In this document: one piece after another, positions 38,890-47,026 of the stretch
Position numbering within the stretch: position 1 is the stretch's first letter
Layout of the letters: each line of letters opens with the position of its first letter
Assembly: GCA_029247365.1 (NCBI GenBank)
Contig: JAQWLJ010000032.1
Coordinates: 1,679-65,678 of the forward strand
Direction: 5' to 3'
DNA from: Acidimicrobiales bacterium
Lineage (GTDB): Bacteria; Actinomycetota; Acidimicrobiia; Acidimicrobiales; Aldehydirespiratoraceae
Length of the DNA stretch: 64,000 nt
Notes under the pieces: generated by a model
The model's database searches: none
What the model was told of the DNA's origin: nothing
The model's input: the letters and a program-made list of their open reading frames with translations, nothing else
Translations under genes and position numbers: made by a program

Positions 38890-39948
38890 TCAGGCCGGGG
38901 CGTCGATGCGAAAGAGCTGCGCCGGATTGCCGACGATGAGCGTCCGTACGTCTTCATCACTGAGCCCCCGCTCTCGGAGCCGCGGCACCACATTGGTGAT
39001 GAGGTGGTCGTACCCGAGTCCCCCGTACGCGTGCAACCGGTGCTTGGTAGCGATGTCGTGCGAGAGCAGCGCCTGCTCCTCCAAGCCGTTTTCGAAGTGC
39101 CAGAGAACGACGTCCATCCGCTCCGCGTCCGACGGCATGTCGACCTTCGGGTTGGGCGGGTACCAGGAGCTCTCGTTGCCGAAGAGGTCGTACTCGAGCG
39201 ACACGCCGGTCGAGGCCAGTTCGGCGAGCCACCCCCGATCGATGCACGTCCGGTCGATGTGGCAGATCGTGGTTCGAGTCAGGTCGCCGCCCTCCTCGGC
39301 GACGATCTCCGCGATCTCGACGGGTGAGTCCGGGTCGCGTCCCGGATGGACCATGAGCGCCGCGCCGGTCGCCCGTTGCGCGGCGACAGCGGCGCGCAGG
39401 CTCTTCTTCTCGTTCGGGAGCCACGGATACGTACATCCGATCTCGCCGATGAGACCCGCCCGAACCCCGGAGTCGCCGATCCCGACCGTGAGGTCGCGGA
39501 TGATCTCTGCGGCGATGTCATCGACCGACCGCTCGGCCATGTCGCTTGGATGGGTGCCCCCGAGGTAGTACCCCGCACCGATGAGGATGTTCACGCCGCT
39601 GGCCTCGGCGATTCGCGCCAACGGCGCCGGATCCCGCCCGAGGCCGTTGTTGGTGGGGTCGATCACCGTCCGCCCACCGGCGGCGGCGAAGCGTTTGAGC
39701 TCGCGGATCGCGAGTTCCTCGGAGTCGAGTTGCACGTTGTGGTGGTTCGACGTCCAGTGGTAGGCGACCCAACCGCGGTTCTCGAGGGTGATCTCCTCGT
39801 CGGCGAGGGGTTGGTCGGCTGCCGTCGGCGGATCGACGTACATGAACGAGCCGTCCATCAAGACGTGGTCGTGCGCGAGCGTGATCCCCAACTCGGCGAC
39901 CGGGACGGGCCCGAGCACCGTTTGCGCAACGCCCTGGTGACTGCTCAG
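38890..39948 (-). CDS. Phosphotriesterase-related (PTER-like) amidohydrolase; start uncertain, probably CTG at 39948
   Basis: QTVLGP, TLAHDH, GLIGEIG, VHPGR, CHIDR, LEYDLFG, SHDIATK, YGGLGY, NP. Confidence 0.88.
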   Translation of the reverse strand: MSSHQGVAQTVLGPVPVAELGITLAHDHVLMDGSFMYVDPPTAADQPLADEEITLENRGWVAYHWTSNHHNVQLDSEELAIRELKRFAAAGGRTVIDPTNNGLGRDPAPLARIAEASGVNILIGAGYYLGGTHPSDMAERSVDDIAAEIIRDLTVGIGDSGVRAGLIGEIGCTYPWLPNEKKSLRAAVAAQRATGAALMVHPGRDPDSPVEIAEIVAEEGGDLTRTTICHIDRTCIDRGWLAELASTGVSLEYDLFGNESSWYPPNPKVDMPSDAERMDVVLWHFENGLEEQALLSHDIATKHRLHAYGGLGYDHLITNVVPRLRERGLSDEDVRTLIVGNPAQLFRIDAPA

Positions 39949-40337
39949 GACAGCACCACCCGTGCGCTGATCTCGACGAGGAGGCCCTCGAACGCGAGAT
40001 CGACACCGCCGACGACCGTGGCCGACGGGCCCGGAGCGTTGAAGAACTCCTGGCGGGCCTGGCCGGCGGCCGGCCGGTAGCGAATGTCGGTCAGGAAGAT
40101 GTCGAGCGACACGACGTCGTCGAGCGTGCCGCCCGCGGCTGTCACGTAGCTCTCGATGTGCTGGAGGCACTGGCGGCACTGCTCGAGCGGATCGTTGGGT
40201 CCGACGAGCTCGCCGTCGTCCATCGAGATCTGACCGGAGATGAACAGCAGGTCGCCCTTCCGGATGCACTGCGACCCGGCCCGCGGATCCGGCGGCTCAC
40301 CGACGTTGGGAATCGAGATGTTCTCGCGGGTCGCCAT
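39945..40337 (-). CDS. Rid (RidA/YjgF/YER057c/UK114) family protein
   Basis: LLFISGQI, AGGTLDDVV, RQEFF..PGPSATVV, LLVEISA. SD GAGGAG. Confidence 0.88.
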   Translation of the reverse strand: MATRENISIPNVGEPPDPRAGSQCIRKGDLLFISGQISMDDGELVGPNDPLEQCRQCLQHIESYVTAAGGTLDDVVSLDIFLTDIRYRPAAGQARQEFFNAPGPSATVVGGVDLAFEGLLVEISARVVLS

Positions 40338-40349
40338 GATGGGTTCTCC

Positions 40350-41516
40350 TCAGCCTGCCGAATCCGGTCCGATCACGTGATCGAGAACGTAGTTGGAGAA
40401 CTCGTGCACGGTCCGCTCCTCGCTGGGCGAGTAGCGCGCGAGGCTCGGCAGCCGGCCTCGGAGTCCTCGCTGCACGACCTCGCAGATGCCCTTGTCCTCC
40501 GCCAGGAACAGATCCATCGATGGGTAGTACCGCTTGTCGGCGTCGGTCTCGAAGTTCGGCAGATCGATCGTCGACTGCGGGAAGCAACACCACGAGACGA
40601 TGCGGGTCCACTCGGGTCCATCGGGGAAGTACTGGTGGAACGTGATCCGGTCGGGCGGAACGTTCAGCAGCAGGTGCGGGTAGTGGATCATGAAGTGCGT
40701 GGTCTCTCGATCCTCCTCGGAGAGCCCTACGACGAACGGCAACGTCGCATTGCGGGGCACGTACAAGCCGTTCTCGTTGTCGCTGCTGCTGCACGCCCAC
40801 ACCATCGGCTCACCCATCGGCCGAAAGGCGCTCCGGACCGCACCCGGATAGAAGGTGTCGAGCGACTCGCGATGCACGGTGCGGACGTGGTAGCCCTCGC
40901 GGGAGTTCTCGACCCAGATCTTCCAGTTGGCGTTGAAGCGGTTCTCCCACTTCTTCGTGACCTTCATTTCCTCCATGCGGTAGGGGGCGAGGCGTTCGAC
41001 GAGCGAGCCGAGCGATGTGAGCAGCGGCACGGCATCAGCGTCGAAGTTGATGAACACGAAGCCAGCCCAGGTCTCGACCCGCACCGACGGCAGGCCGTGG
41101 TCGGCCTTGTTGAAGTCGAGCGCGTCGTTCATCGACGGCGCGGCGCGGAGCGCTCCGTCGAGGCCGTAGGTCCAGGCGTGGTACGGACAGGTGATGTTGC
41201 GACAGTTCCCGCTACCCGTGAGGAGCTCGGAGCCGCGGTGGCGACACGAGTTAGAGAGAGCCCGTATCTCGCCGTCGTCGCCGCGGATGATCACGAGCGG
41301 CTCCCCGATGATGTTCAGCTGGACGTAGTCGCCCGGGTTCGGGAGTTCCTCCTCTCGGGTGGCGACGAGCCATCCCGTGCGAAAGATCGTGTCGATCTCG
41401 CGGTCGTACCAGTCCTGCGAGAAGTAGACCTCGGGCGGGAGTGGCGAGGCTTCCTCGATCGGCAGCCGCGTCGCGGCGTATCGCTCCGGCGAGAAGATGT
41501 CGGTATCGGCAGCCAT
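40350..41516 (-). CDS. Rieske non-heme iron oxygenase alpha subunit (choline/carnitine/betaine monooxygenase-like)
   Basis: CRHRG...CPYHAW Rieske motif, NWKIWVENSREGYHVRTVH Fe site, ED...CE.VQRGL. Confidence 0.9.
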   Translation of the reverse strand: MAADTDIFSPERYAATRLPIEEASPLPPEVYFSQDWYDREIDTIFRTGWLVATREEELPNPGDYVQLNIIGEPLVIIRGDDGEIRALSNSCRHRGSELLTGSGNCRNITCPYHAWTYGLDGALRAAPSMNDALDFNKADHGLPSVRVETWAGFVFINFDADAVPLLTSLGSLVERLAPYRMEEMKVTKKWENRFNANWKIWVENSREGYHVRTVHRESLDTFYPGAVRSAFRPMGEPMVWACSSSDNENGLYVPRNATLPFVVGLSEEDRETTHFMIHYPHLLLNVPPDRITFHQYFPDGPEWTRIVSWCCFPQSTIDLPNFETDADKRYYPSMDLFLAEDKGICEVVQRGLRGRLPSLARYSPSEERTVHEFSNYVLDHVIGPDSAG

Positions 41517-41550
41517 GAGCCCTCCCGGCTCGATAGTAGTGGGGCATCTG

Positions 41551-42885
41551 TCAGCCCATCCCGGCCGTCACGCCGGGGATCCACGATGTCCCCGCAAGCG
41601 GCACCTTGGCCATCGCGGCCGCCTCGACCGTTAATGCGGCGAGGTCCTCCGGTTCGAGATTGTGTACGTGTGACTTGCCGTTGGCCCGAGCCAAGGTTTG
41701 GACCTCAAGCGTCAGGACCTGCAGATAGTTGGCCAGCCGCCGCCCGGCGATCTCTGGATCGAGCCGCTTGGCCAGCATCGGGTCCTGCGTGGTGATGCCC
41801 GCAGGGTCGTTGCCCGCCTGGTAGTCCTCCCACATGCCGGCTGCGCTACCGACCGACCGGTACCCGTCGTCGTGACGGGGCGCATTGTCGCCGAGTGCGA
41901 TGAGGGCGGCCGTGCCGATGGACACTGCATCGGCACCGAGCGCGATTGCCTTGGCGACATCGGCCCCCGAACGAATACCGCCGGCTGCGATCAGCTTGAT
42001 CTCACGATGGACACCGAGGTCCTTCAGGGCTCTCACTGCCTCGGGAATGGCGGCGATGGTCGGAATGCCGACGTGTTCGATGAAGACTTCCTGAGTAGCT
42101 GCGGTTCCGCCCTGCATGCCATCGACCACCACGCAGTCGGCGCCGGCTTTCACCGCAAGTGCGGTGTCGTAATACGGCCGCGCTGCGCCGACTTTCACAT
42201 AGATGGGTACTTCCCAGTCGACGACCTCGCGGAGTTCGAGGATCTTGATCTCGAGGTCGTCGGGCCCCGTCCAGTCCGGGTGCCGGCAGGCCGACCGCTG
42301 ATCGATGCCCTCGGGCAGCGCTCGCATGCGAGCAACCCGCTCCGTGATCTTCTGCCCGAGCAGCATGCCACCACCGCCCGGCTTCGCCCCCTGTCCGACA
42401 ACAACCTCGATCGCGTCGGCCTTGCGAAGGTCGTCGGGGTTCATGCCGTAACGCGACGGAAGGTACTGGTAGACGAGCGTCTTGGAGTGGCCGCGCTCCT
42501 CAACGGTCATGCCGCCGTCACCGGTGGTCGTGGACGTTCCAGCTGCGTTGGCACCGCGACCGAGCGCCTCCTTCGCCTGTGCCGAAAGCGATCCGAAGCT
42601 CATTCCAGCGATCGTGATCGGGATTTCGAGGTGAACGGGGCGTTCGGCGCGACCTTCCCCAATCACGACGTCGGTGGCACACGCCTCGCGGTAGCCCTCA
42701 AGGGGGTAGCGCGACATCGACGCACCAAGCAGCACGAGATCGTCGAACGTCGGGAGTTGCCGCTTCGCCCCGAATCCGCGAATCCGGTAAATGCCTGTGT
42801 TCGCGGCCCGCTGGATCTCTGCGATCGTGTTGCGGTCGAACGTATAGGACTCGCGATGATGCCACTGCTGCTCGTCCATCGTCAT
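41551..42885 (-). CDS. mgsC: N-methylglutamate synthase FMN-binding subunit (GlxD/MgsC)
   Basis: GASMSRYPLEGYRE, AGMSFG, GQGAKPGGGGMLLGQK, DQRSACRHPDWTGPDDL, DPAGITTQDP. Confidence 0.9.
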   Translation of the reverse strand: MTMDEQQWHHRESYTFDRNTIAEIQRAANTGIYRIRGFGAKRQLPTFDDLVLLGASMSRYPLEGYREACATDVVIGEGRAERPVHLEIPITIAGMSFGSLSAQAKEALGRGANAAGTSTTTGDGGMTVEERGHSKTLVYQYLPSRYGMNPDDLRKADAIEVVVGQGAKPGGGGMLLGQKITERVARMRALPEGIDQRSACRHPDWTGPDDLEIKILELREVVDWEVPIYVKVGAARPYYDTALAVKAGADCVVVDGMQGGTAATQEVFIEHVGIPTIAAIPEAVRALKDLGVHREIKLIAAGGIRSGADVAKAIALGADAVSIGTAALIALGDNAPRHDDGYRSVGSAAGMWEDYQAGNDPAGITTQDPMLAKRLDPEIAGRRLANYLQVLTLEVQTLARANGKSHVHNLEPEDLAALTVEAAAMAKVPLAGTSWIPGVTAGMG

Positions 42886-43571
42886 ACTCCTTTCGCCTGC
42901 TCGGCTGCGATGTCGTCGACGTGGAAGGTGTACAGGTTTCGGTCCGAGCCGTAGCGGCGAAACTCGCCGGCCGATCCGCCGAGGCCGGCTGCATCGAGCA
43001 AGCCGTTGAGCACCTCGACGTGCTCTGGCCGCATCTCCTTCTCGACACAGTCAGCGCCGAGCGACGCGACACTGCCCCGCACGAAGATGCGGGTCTCGTA
43101 GAGCGAGTCACCGAGGTCGTGATCGGCATCGCCCAGCACCACCAGGTTGCCGGCCTGCCCCATGAAACCGCTCATGTGACCGACATTGCCTCCGACGACG
43201 ATGTCCACCCCTTTCATGGAGATCCCGCAGCGGGCCCCCGCGTTACCTTCGATGACGAGGAGGCCACCACAACCGGTCGCTCCCGCGGACATCGTGGCGT
43301 TGCCGGTGAGCCGCACTGTCCCCGACATGATGTTTTCCGCGAATCCGGTGCTGGCGTTGCCGCTGAGGCGAATCGTGCCCTTCTGGTGCATGCCGGCGCA
43401 GTAGTAGCCGACGGAACCGTGGATCTCGACGTCGATGTCTGCGTCGATCCCGGCGGCGACCGCATGGGCACCGCGTGGATTGTGCACTTCGTAGTGGGCG
43501 TCGCGAGGCCGGTGGAGTTCTGCGTTGAGCTCCCGCACGGTGCACTCCGCCAGGTCGAAGGTCGTGGTCAT
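42882..43571 (-). CDS. mgsB: N-methylglutamate synthase GXGXG subunit (GlxC/MgsB)
   Basis: GSVGYYCAGM, RCGISMKG, GHMSGFMGQAG, GDSLYE, SLGADC, YGSDRNLY. Confidence 0.9.
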   Translation of the reverse strand: MTTTFDLAECTVRELNAELHRPRDAHYEVHNPRGAHAVAAGIDADIDVEIHGSVGYYCAGMHQKGTIRLSGNASTGFAENIMSGTVRLTGNATMSAGATGCGGLLVIEGNAGARCGISMKGVDIVVGGNVGHMSGFMGQAGNLVVLGDADHDLGDSLYETRIFVRGSVASLGADCVEKEMRPEHVEVLNGLLDAAGLGGSAGEFRRYGSDRNLYTFHVDDIAAEQAKGV

Positions 43572-44467
43572 GACGCCAAGCTCCAGGTGTAGACGCGGGC
43601 TGGTTCGGGCTCAAAGATCTCGGCGTCGTCGACGCCGGGAAGGCGAGCGATGGCCCGATACTCCGACGACATCGCCACCCAGTCATCGGTTTCGGCAACG
43701 ACCGCCGGTTTGCAGGAGATCGGATCACGCAAGATCGCGAATCCGCTCTCGATGCCGATGGCGAAGGTGTAGAAGCCGTCGAGGTCGACCAAGGAACGCT
43801 CGAGCGCTTCGTCGAGTGTGTCGCCCTCGGCGAGCCGCCATGCGAGGAACCCGGCGGCGACCTCCGTGTCATTCTCGGTCTGGAACGACTCTCCGTGGCG
43901 GACGAGTCGTTCGCGAAGTTGGTTGTGGTTGGAGAGCGAACCATTGTGCACGAGGCAGGTGTCGGCGCCCGTAGCGAACGGGTGTGAGCCGTTGGTAGTG
44001 ATTGCGGACTCGGTCGCCATGCGGGTGTGGGCGATGGCATGAGTGCCCGTGCGCGCTGCAAGGTCGTAGCGCGTTGCGACGAGGTCGGGATCACCCACCG
44101 ACTTGTACAACTCGATCTGACGGCCGTAGCTCAACACGTCAAGCCCGCCACCATTGTCGATCAACCACTGGCGGGCGAGGCGGCCGTCGCCGGTGGTCTC
44201 GAAGACCGCGTGGTCGAGCACCGGTCGGGCTACGACTTCGGCATCGAGGTACGCGGCTAGGACGTCGGCCGTCTTGTTCCAGTCAGGCTGGTGCCCCTCG
44301 GCCAGCGCCGTGATTCGCGTGCGGCCCGGCGTTCCCTCGTCATAGACTGCGAAGCCGGCGCTATCGGGGCCGCGCTCGCGCATCTCGTGGAGCATGACCG
44401 CGGTCAGGCGACCGAGTTCATGGCGATGTCGATCGGTCTTCAGAAACAATCCAACGATCCCGCACAT
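43568..44467 (-). CDS. mgsA: N-methylglutamate synthase Ntn-amidotransferase subunit (GlxB/MgsA)
   Basis: MCGIVGLF (Cys1 nucleophile), RGPDSAG, HTRMATES, HNGSLSNH, ENDTEV, DLDGFYTF. Confidence 0.9.
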   Translation of the reverse strand: MCGIVGLFLKTDRHRHELGRLTAVMLHEMRERGPDSAGFAVYDEGTPGRTRITALAEGHQPDWNKTADVLAAYLDAEVVARPVLDHAVFETTGDGRLARQWLIDNGGGLDVLSYGRQIELYKSVGDPDLVATRYDLAARTGTHAIAHTRMATESAITTNGSHPFATGADTCLVHNGSLSNHNQLRERLVRHGESFQTENDTEVAAGFLAWRLAEGDTLDEALERSLVDLDGFYTFAIGIESGFAILRDPISCKPAVVAETDDWVAMSSEYRAIARLPGVDDAEIFEPEPARVYTWSLAS

Positions 44468-44505
44468 CTTGCACACTCCTCACGACCCCGTGCCAGCAGG
44501 GGCGC

Positions 44506-44552
44506 ACCCTAGTCCGACACTTTGACATTGGTGAAGTTCCTTCACCTAGGGT
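44506..44552. promoter_or_regulatory. Divergent mgsA/gmaS promoters sharing a palindromic operator
   Basis: + strand TTGACA (44522-27), N19, TAGGGT (44547-52). - strand TAGGGT at 44511-44506. Perfect GGTGAAG-TTC-CTTCACC at 44530-44546. Confidence 0.7.
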
Positions 44553-44606
44553 AGAGATGGTCTCGTCAGCTTCGGTGAGGGACACGAACGCAGGAGGGAA
44601 CTGTAC

Positions 44607-45968
44607 GTGGGGGACTACGAAGACATCAGGGCACGAATCGAGGCCGACGGCGTCGAGTACATCTATGCGATGTTCGTCGAGATGCACGGGAAGCCGTGCG
44701 CCAAACTCGTGCCAGTCGAGGCGCTCGATGACCTCATGAGCGACGGCGCCGGGTTCGCCGGGTTCGCGGCGGGCCCCATCGGCCAGGATCCGTCTCACCC
44801 CGACATCCTCGCTATCCCTGACCCGGCCTCGTACACGCAGTTCCCCTGGCAGCCCAATGTCGCAGCGATGCAGTGCGATCCCACCGTCGATGGAGCGCTG
44901 TGGCCCTACGCGCCGCGCGTCATCCTTCGGCAAGCGCTCGAGCGACTCGAGGCCGACCGCAACCTTGTGTTGAAGACCGGTGTCGAAGCCGAGTACTCAC
45001 TGGTCGTTCGAAATGAGGACGGGTCACTCGCAGTCGCCGACGAACGCGACGTTGACGCGCTCCCCTGCTACGACGCTCGGGCCCTTACCCGAATGCTGCC
45101 GCATCTCACCGAGGTCTCCAAGAACCTCAATGCCATGGGCTGGGGTAACTACGCCAACGATCACGAGGACGCCAACGGGCAGTTCGAGCAGAACTGGCGC
45201 TATGCCGACGCGCTCACCACCGCCGATCGCCTGATCGTATTCCGGCTCATGATTCACACGATGGCGCAGCGCGACGGTCGCTATGCGACCTTTATGCCAA
45301 AGCCGTTCACCGACAAGACCGGCAACGGCCTGCACGCGCACCTCAGCCTCTGGACGGCTGATACTGACGAACCGTTGTTTATCGGTGGCGACGACGACAG
45401 CAAAGGGCTTGGCCTCAGCGAGATGGCGTACCACTTTGCCGGCGGCCTCATCGACCACGCGCCAGGCCTGGCCGCAGTTGCGTGCCCGATCGTGAATTCG
45501 TACAAGCGCATGGGGGTAGGCGCGCCAACATCAGGCGCCACCTGGGCGCCGGCCTACGCAGCCTTCGGCGGCAACAACCGCACCCAGATGATCAGAGTTC
45601 CCGAAGCCGACCGCCTCGAGATCCGGGTAGGAGACGGGGCGGCTAATCCCTATCTCATGTTCGCAGCCATGCTGGCGTGTGGTCTTGACGGTGTCGACAA
45701 CGCCACCGACCCGGGTGAACCAAACACCGCCAATCTGTACACGCTTCCGGCCGACGAGGTCGCTCGGCGCGGGATTGTGGCGCTCCCGAGGACGCTGGTT
45801 CATGCAGCCGAAGCACTCGAGGCAAACGACGTTCTTGGCGCCGGCCTCGGCATGACGCCCGACGGGCCGTACCGCGACTACTTCGCGGAGGTGAAGCGGG
45901 ACGAGTTCTTCGCACACCATCACGAAGTCACCGCCGGCGAGGTCCAGCACTATCTCACGATGTTCTGA
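44607..45968 (+). CDS. gmaS: Gamma-glutamylmethylamide synthetase (GlnT-type glutamine synthetase homolog)
   Basis: AKLVP, GAGFAGFA, CYD, NDHEDANGQFEQN, FMPKPF, NSYKR, SGATWAP, GNNRTQMIR. Divergent from mgsABC. Confidence 0.85.
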   Translation: MGDYEDIRARIEADGVEYIYAMFVEMHGKPCAKLVPVEALDDLMSDGAGFAGFAAGPIGQDPSHPDILAIPDPASYTQFPWQPNVAAMQCDPTVDGALWPYAPRVILRQALERLEADRNLVLKTGVEAEYSLVVRNEDGSLAVADERDVDALPCYDARALTRMLPHLTEVSKNLNAMGWGNYANDHEDANGQFEQNWRYADALTTADRLIVFRLMIHTMAQRDGRYATFMPKPFTDKTGNGLHAHLSLWTADTDEPLFIGGDDDSKGLGLSEMAYHFAGGLIDHAPGLAAVACPIVNSYKRMGVGAPTSGATWAPAYAAFGGNNRTQMIRVPEADRLEIRVGDGAANPYLMFAAMLACGLDGVDNATDPGEPNTANLYTLPADEVARRGIVALPRTLVHAAEALEANDVLGAGLGMTPDGPYRDYFAEVKRDEFFAHHHEVTAGEVQHYLTMF

Positions 45969-45984
45969 GCCAGCAGCCCAAACC

Positions 45985-46593
45985 ATGACCGATGATGACA
46001 TCCCTTCGGCGCTCACTGGCGAGGACGTCTGTCGGATCGTCGGTCGGCGAGTCCGCGAGCGCCGCGCTGACCTCGGCCTGACCATGGAGCAGCTCGCCGA
46101 TGCGGCTGGCATATCGATTGGCATGCTGTCCAAGATCGAGAACGGACAGACCTCACCGAGCTTTTCGACGCTGACTGCGCTTGCCCACGCCGCCCACGTC
46201 CCATTCACCACATTCTTCCGTGGTCTCGACGAGGAACACGACGCCGTCCTCATTCGGCGGGGGCAGGGCCTTCGAATCGAGCACGAGGGTGGTGGCTCGG
46301 GGCGGACCTACGAGGATCTCGGCTCACTTCGCGGTCCACTTCGCGAGATCGAGCCGGTGTTGATCACCATCACGGAACCCGACGAGGTCTTCCCCCTCTT
46401 CCAGCACGCCGGTGTGGAGTTCCTTCACATCATCGAGGGCGTGATGGAGTACGGGTACGGCTCCAACCGCCACGTCTTGCACCCGGGTGACACCATCCAG
46501 TTTCGCGGCGATGTCGCCCACGGTCCGGTAGCACTCGTCGAGCTACCCATAAGGTTTCTTTCGCTGAAGGTTTACGCCCACCGCGAGACCTAA
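45985..46593 (+). CDS. XRE-family HTH regulator with C-terminal cupin
   Basis: LTMEQLADAAGISIGMLSKIENGQTSPS, FPLFQHAGVEF, HGP. Confidence 0.9.
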   Translation: MTDDDIPSALTGEDVCRIVGRRVRERRADLGLTMEQLADAAGISIGMLSKIENGQTSPSFSTLTALAHAAHVPFTTFFRGLDEEHDAVLIRRGQGLRIEHEGGGSGRTYEDLGSLRGPLREIEPVLITITEPDEVFPLFQHAGVEFLHIIEGVMEYGYGSNRHVLHPGDTIQFRGDVAHGPVALVELPIRFLSLKVYAHRET

Positions 46594-46611
46594 GCGGTCT
46601 CCGCTCGGCAC

Positions 46612-46964
46612 GTGAGTCTCGAGTGGGAACAGGTCACGGTCGACGCAGGCGACCCGGGAAGTCTCGGCACTGGCGGGCGAAAGCGCTCGGCTGGACGGTC
46701 GTCGACGAAGGTGCGGAGGTTGTTGAGATTCGACCAGCCCCCGACCGAACGCCGGGGATCCTCTTCCTGTTGAGCAACGACGTCAAGAAAGCCAAGAACC
46801 GACTGCATCTCGACTTCCGGCCCAACAACCAGACCGCCGAGGTCGACCGGCTTTTGGGCCTTGGGGCATCGAGGATCGACATTGATCAGGGCAGCGTTTC
46901 GTCGGTCGTGCTCGCCGATCTCGAAGGCAATGAGTTCTGCGTTTTGCGCGAGAGTTCCGACTAG
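46612..46964 (+). pseudogene. VOC/glyoxalase-like protein with a 1-nt frameshift near 46668
   Basis: GTG 46612 gives MSLEWEQVTVDAGDPGSLG. WRAKALGW...KNRLHLD...LADLEGNEFCVL continues in the -1 frame. Confidence 0.75.
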
Positions 46965-47026
46965 CAAGCGCACACAGCAGTGCGGCGCTGCGCCGTGAGT
47001 TCGACCCCCCACTATGGTCGCCGTCG

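Noticed and set aside
39949-40269. N-terminal extension of the 459-aa PTER ORF
   Set aside because: It overlaps the Rid gene in another frame and is Arg/Pro-rich noise. Family similarity begins at QTVLGP.
40158-41795. 545-aa + strand ORF, and similar long antisense ORFs such as 28876-30312, 41698-42954, 3628-4662 and 6163-7197
   Set aside because: They lie antisense to well-supported genes, have no recognisable motifs, and are expected shadow ORFs in high-GC DNA.
41551-45968. Calling the locus ordinary glutamine synthetase plus glutamate synthase (glnA/gltB)
   Set aside because: The split three-subunit GlxBCD form and the GlnT-type motifs match gmaS-mgsABC rather than GS-GOGAT.
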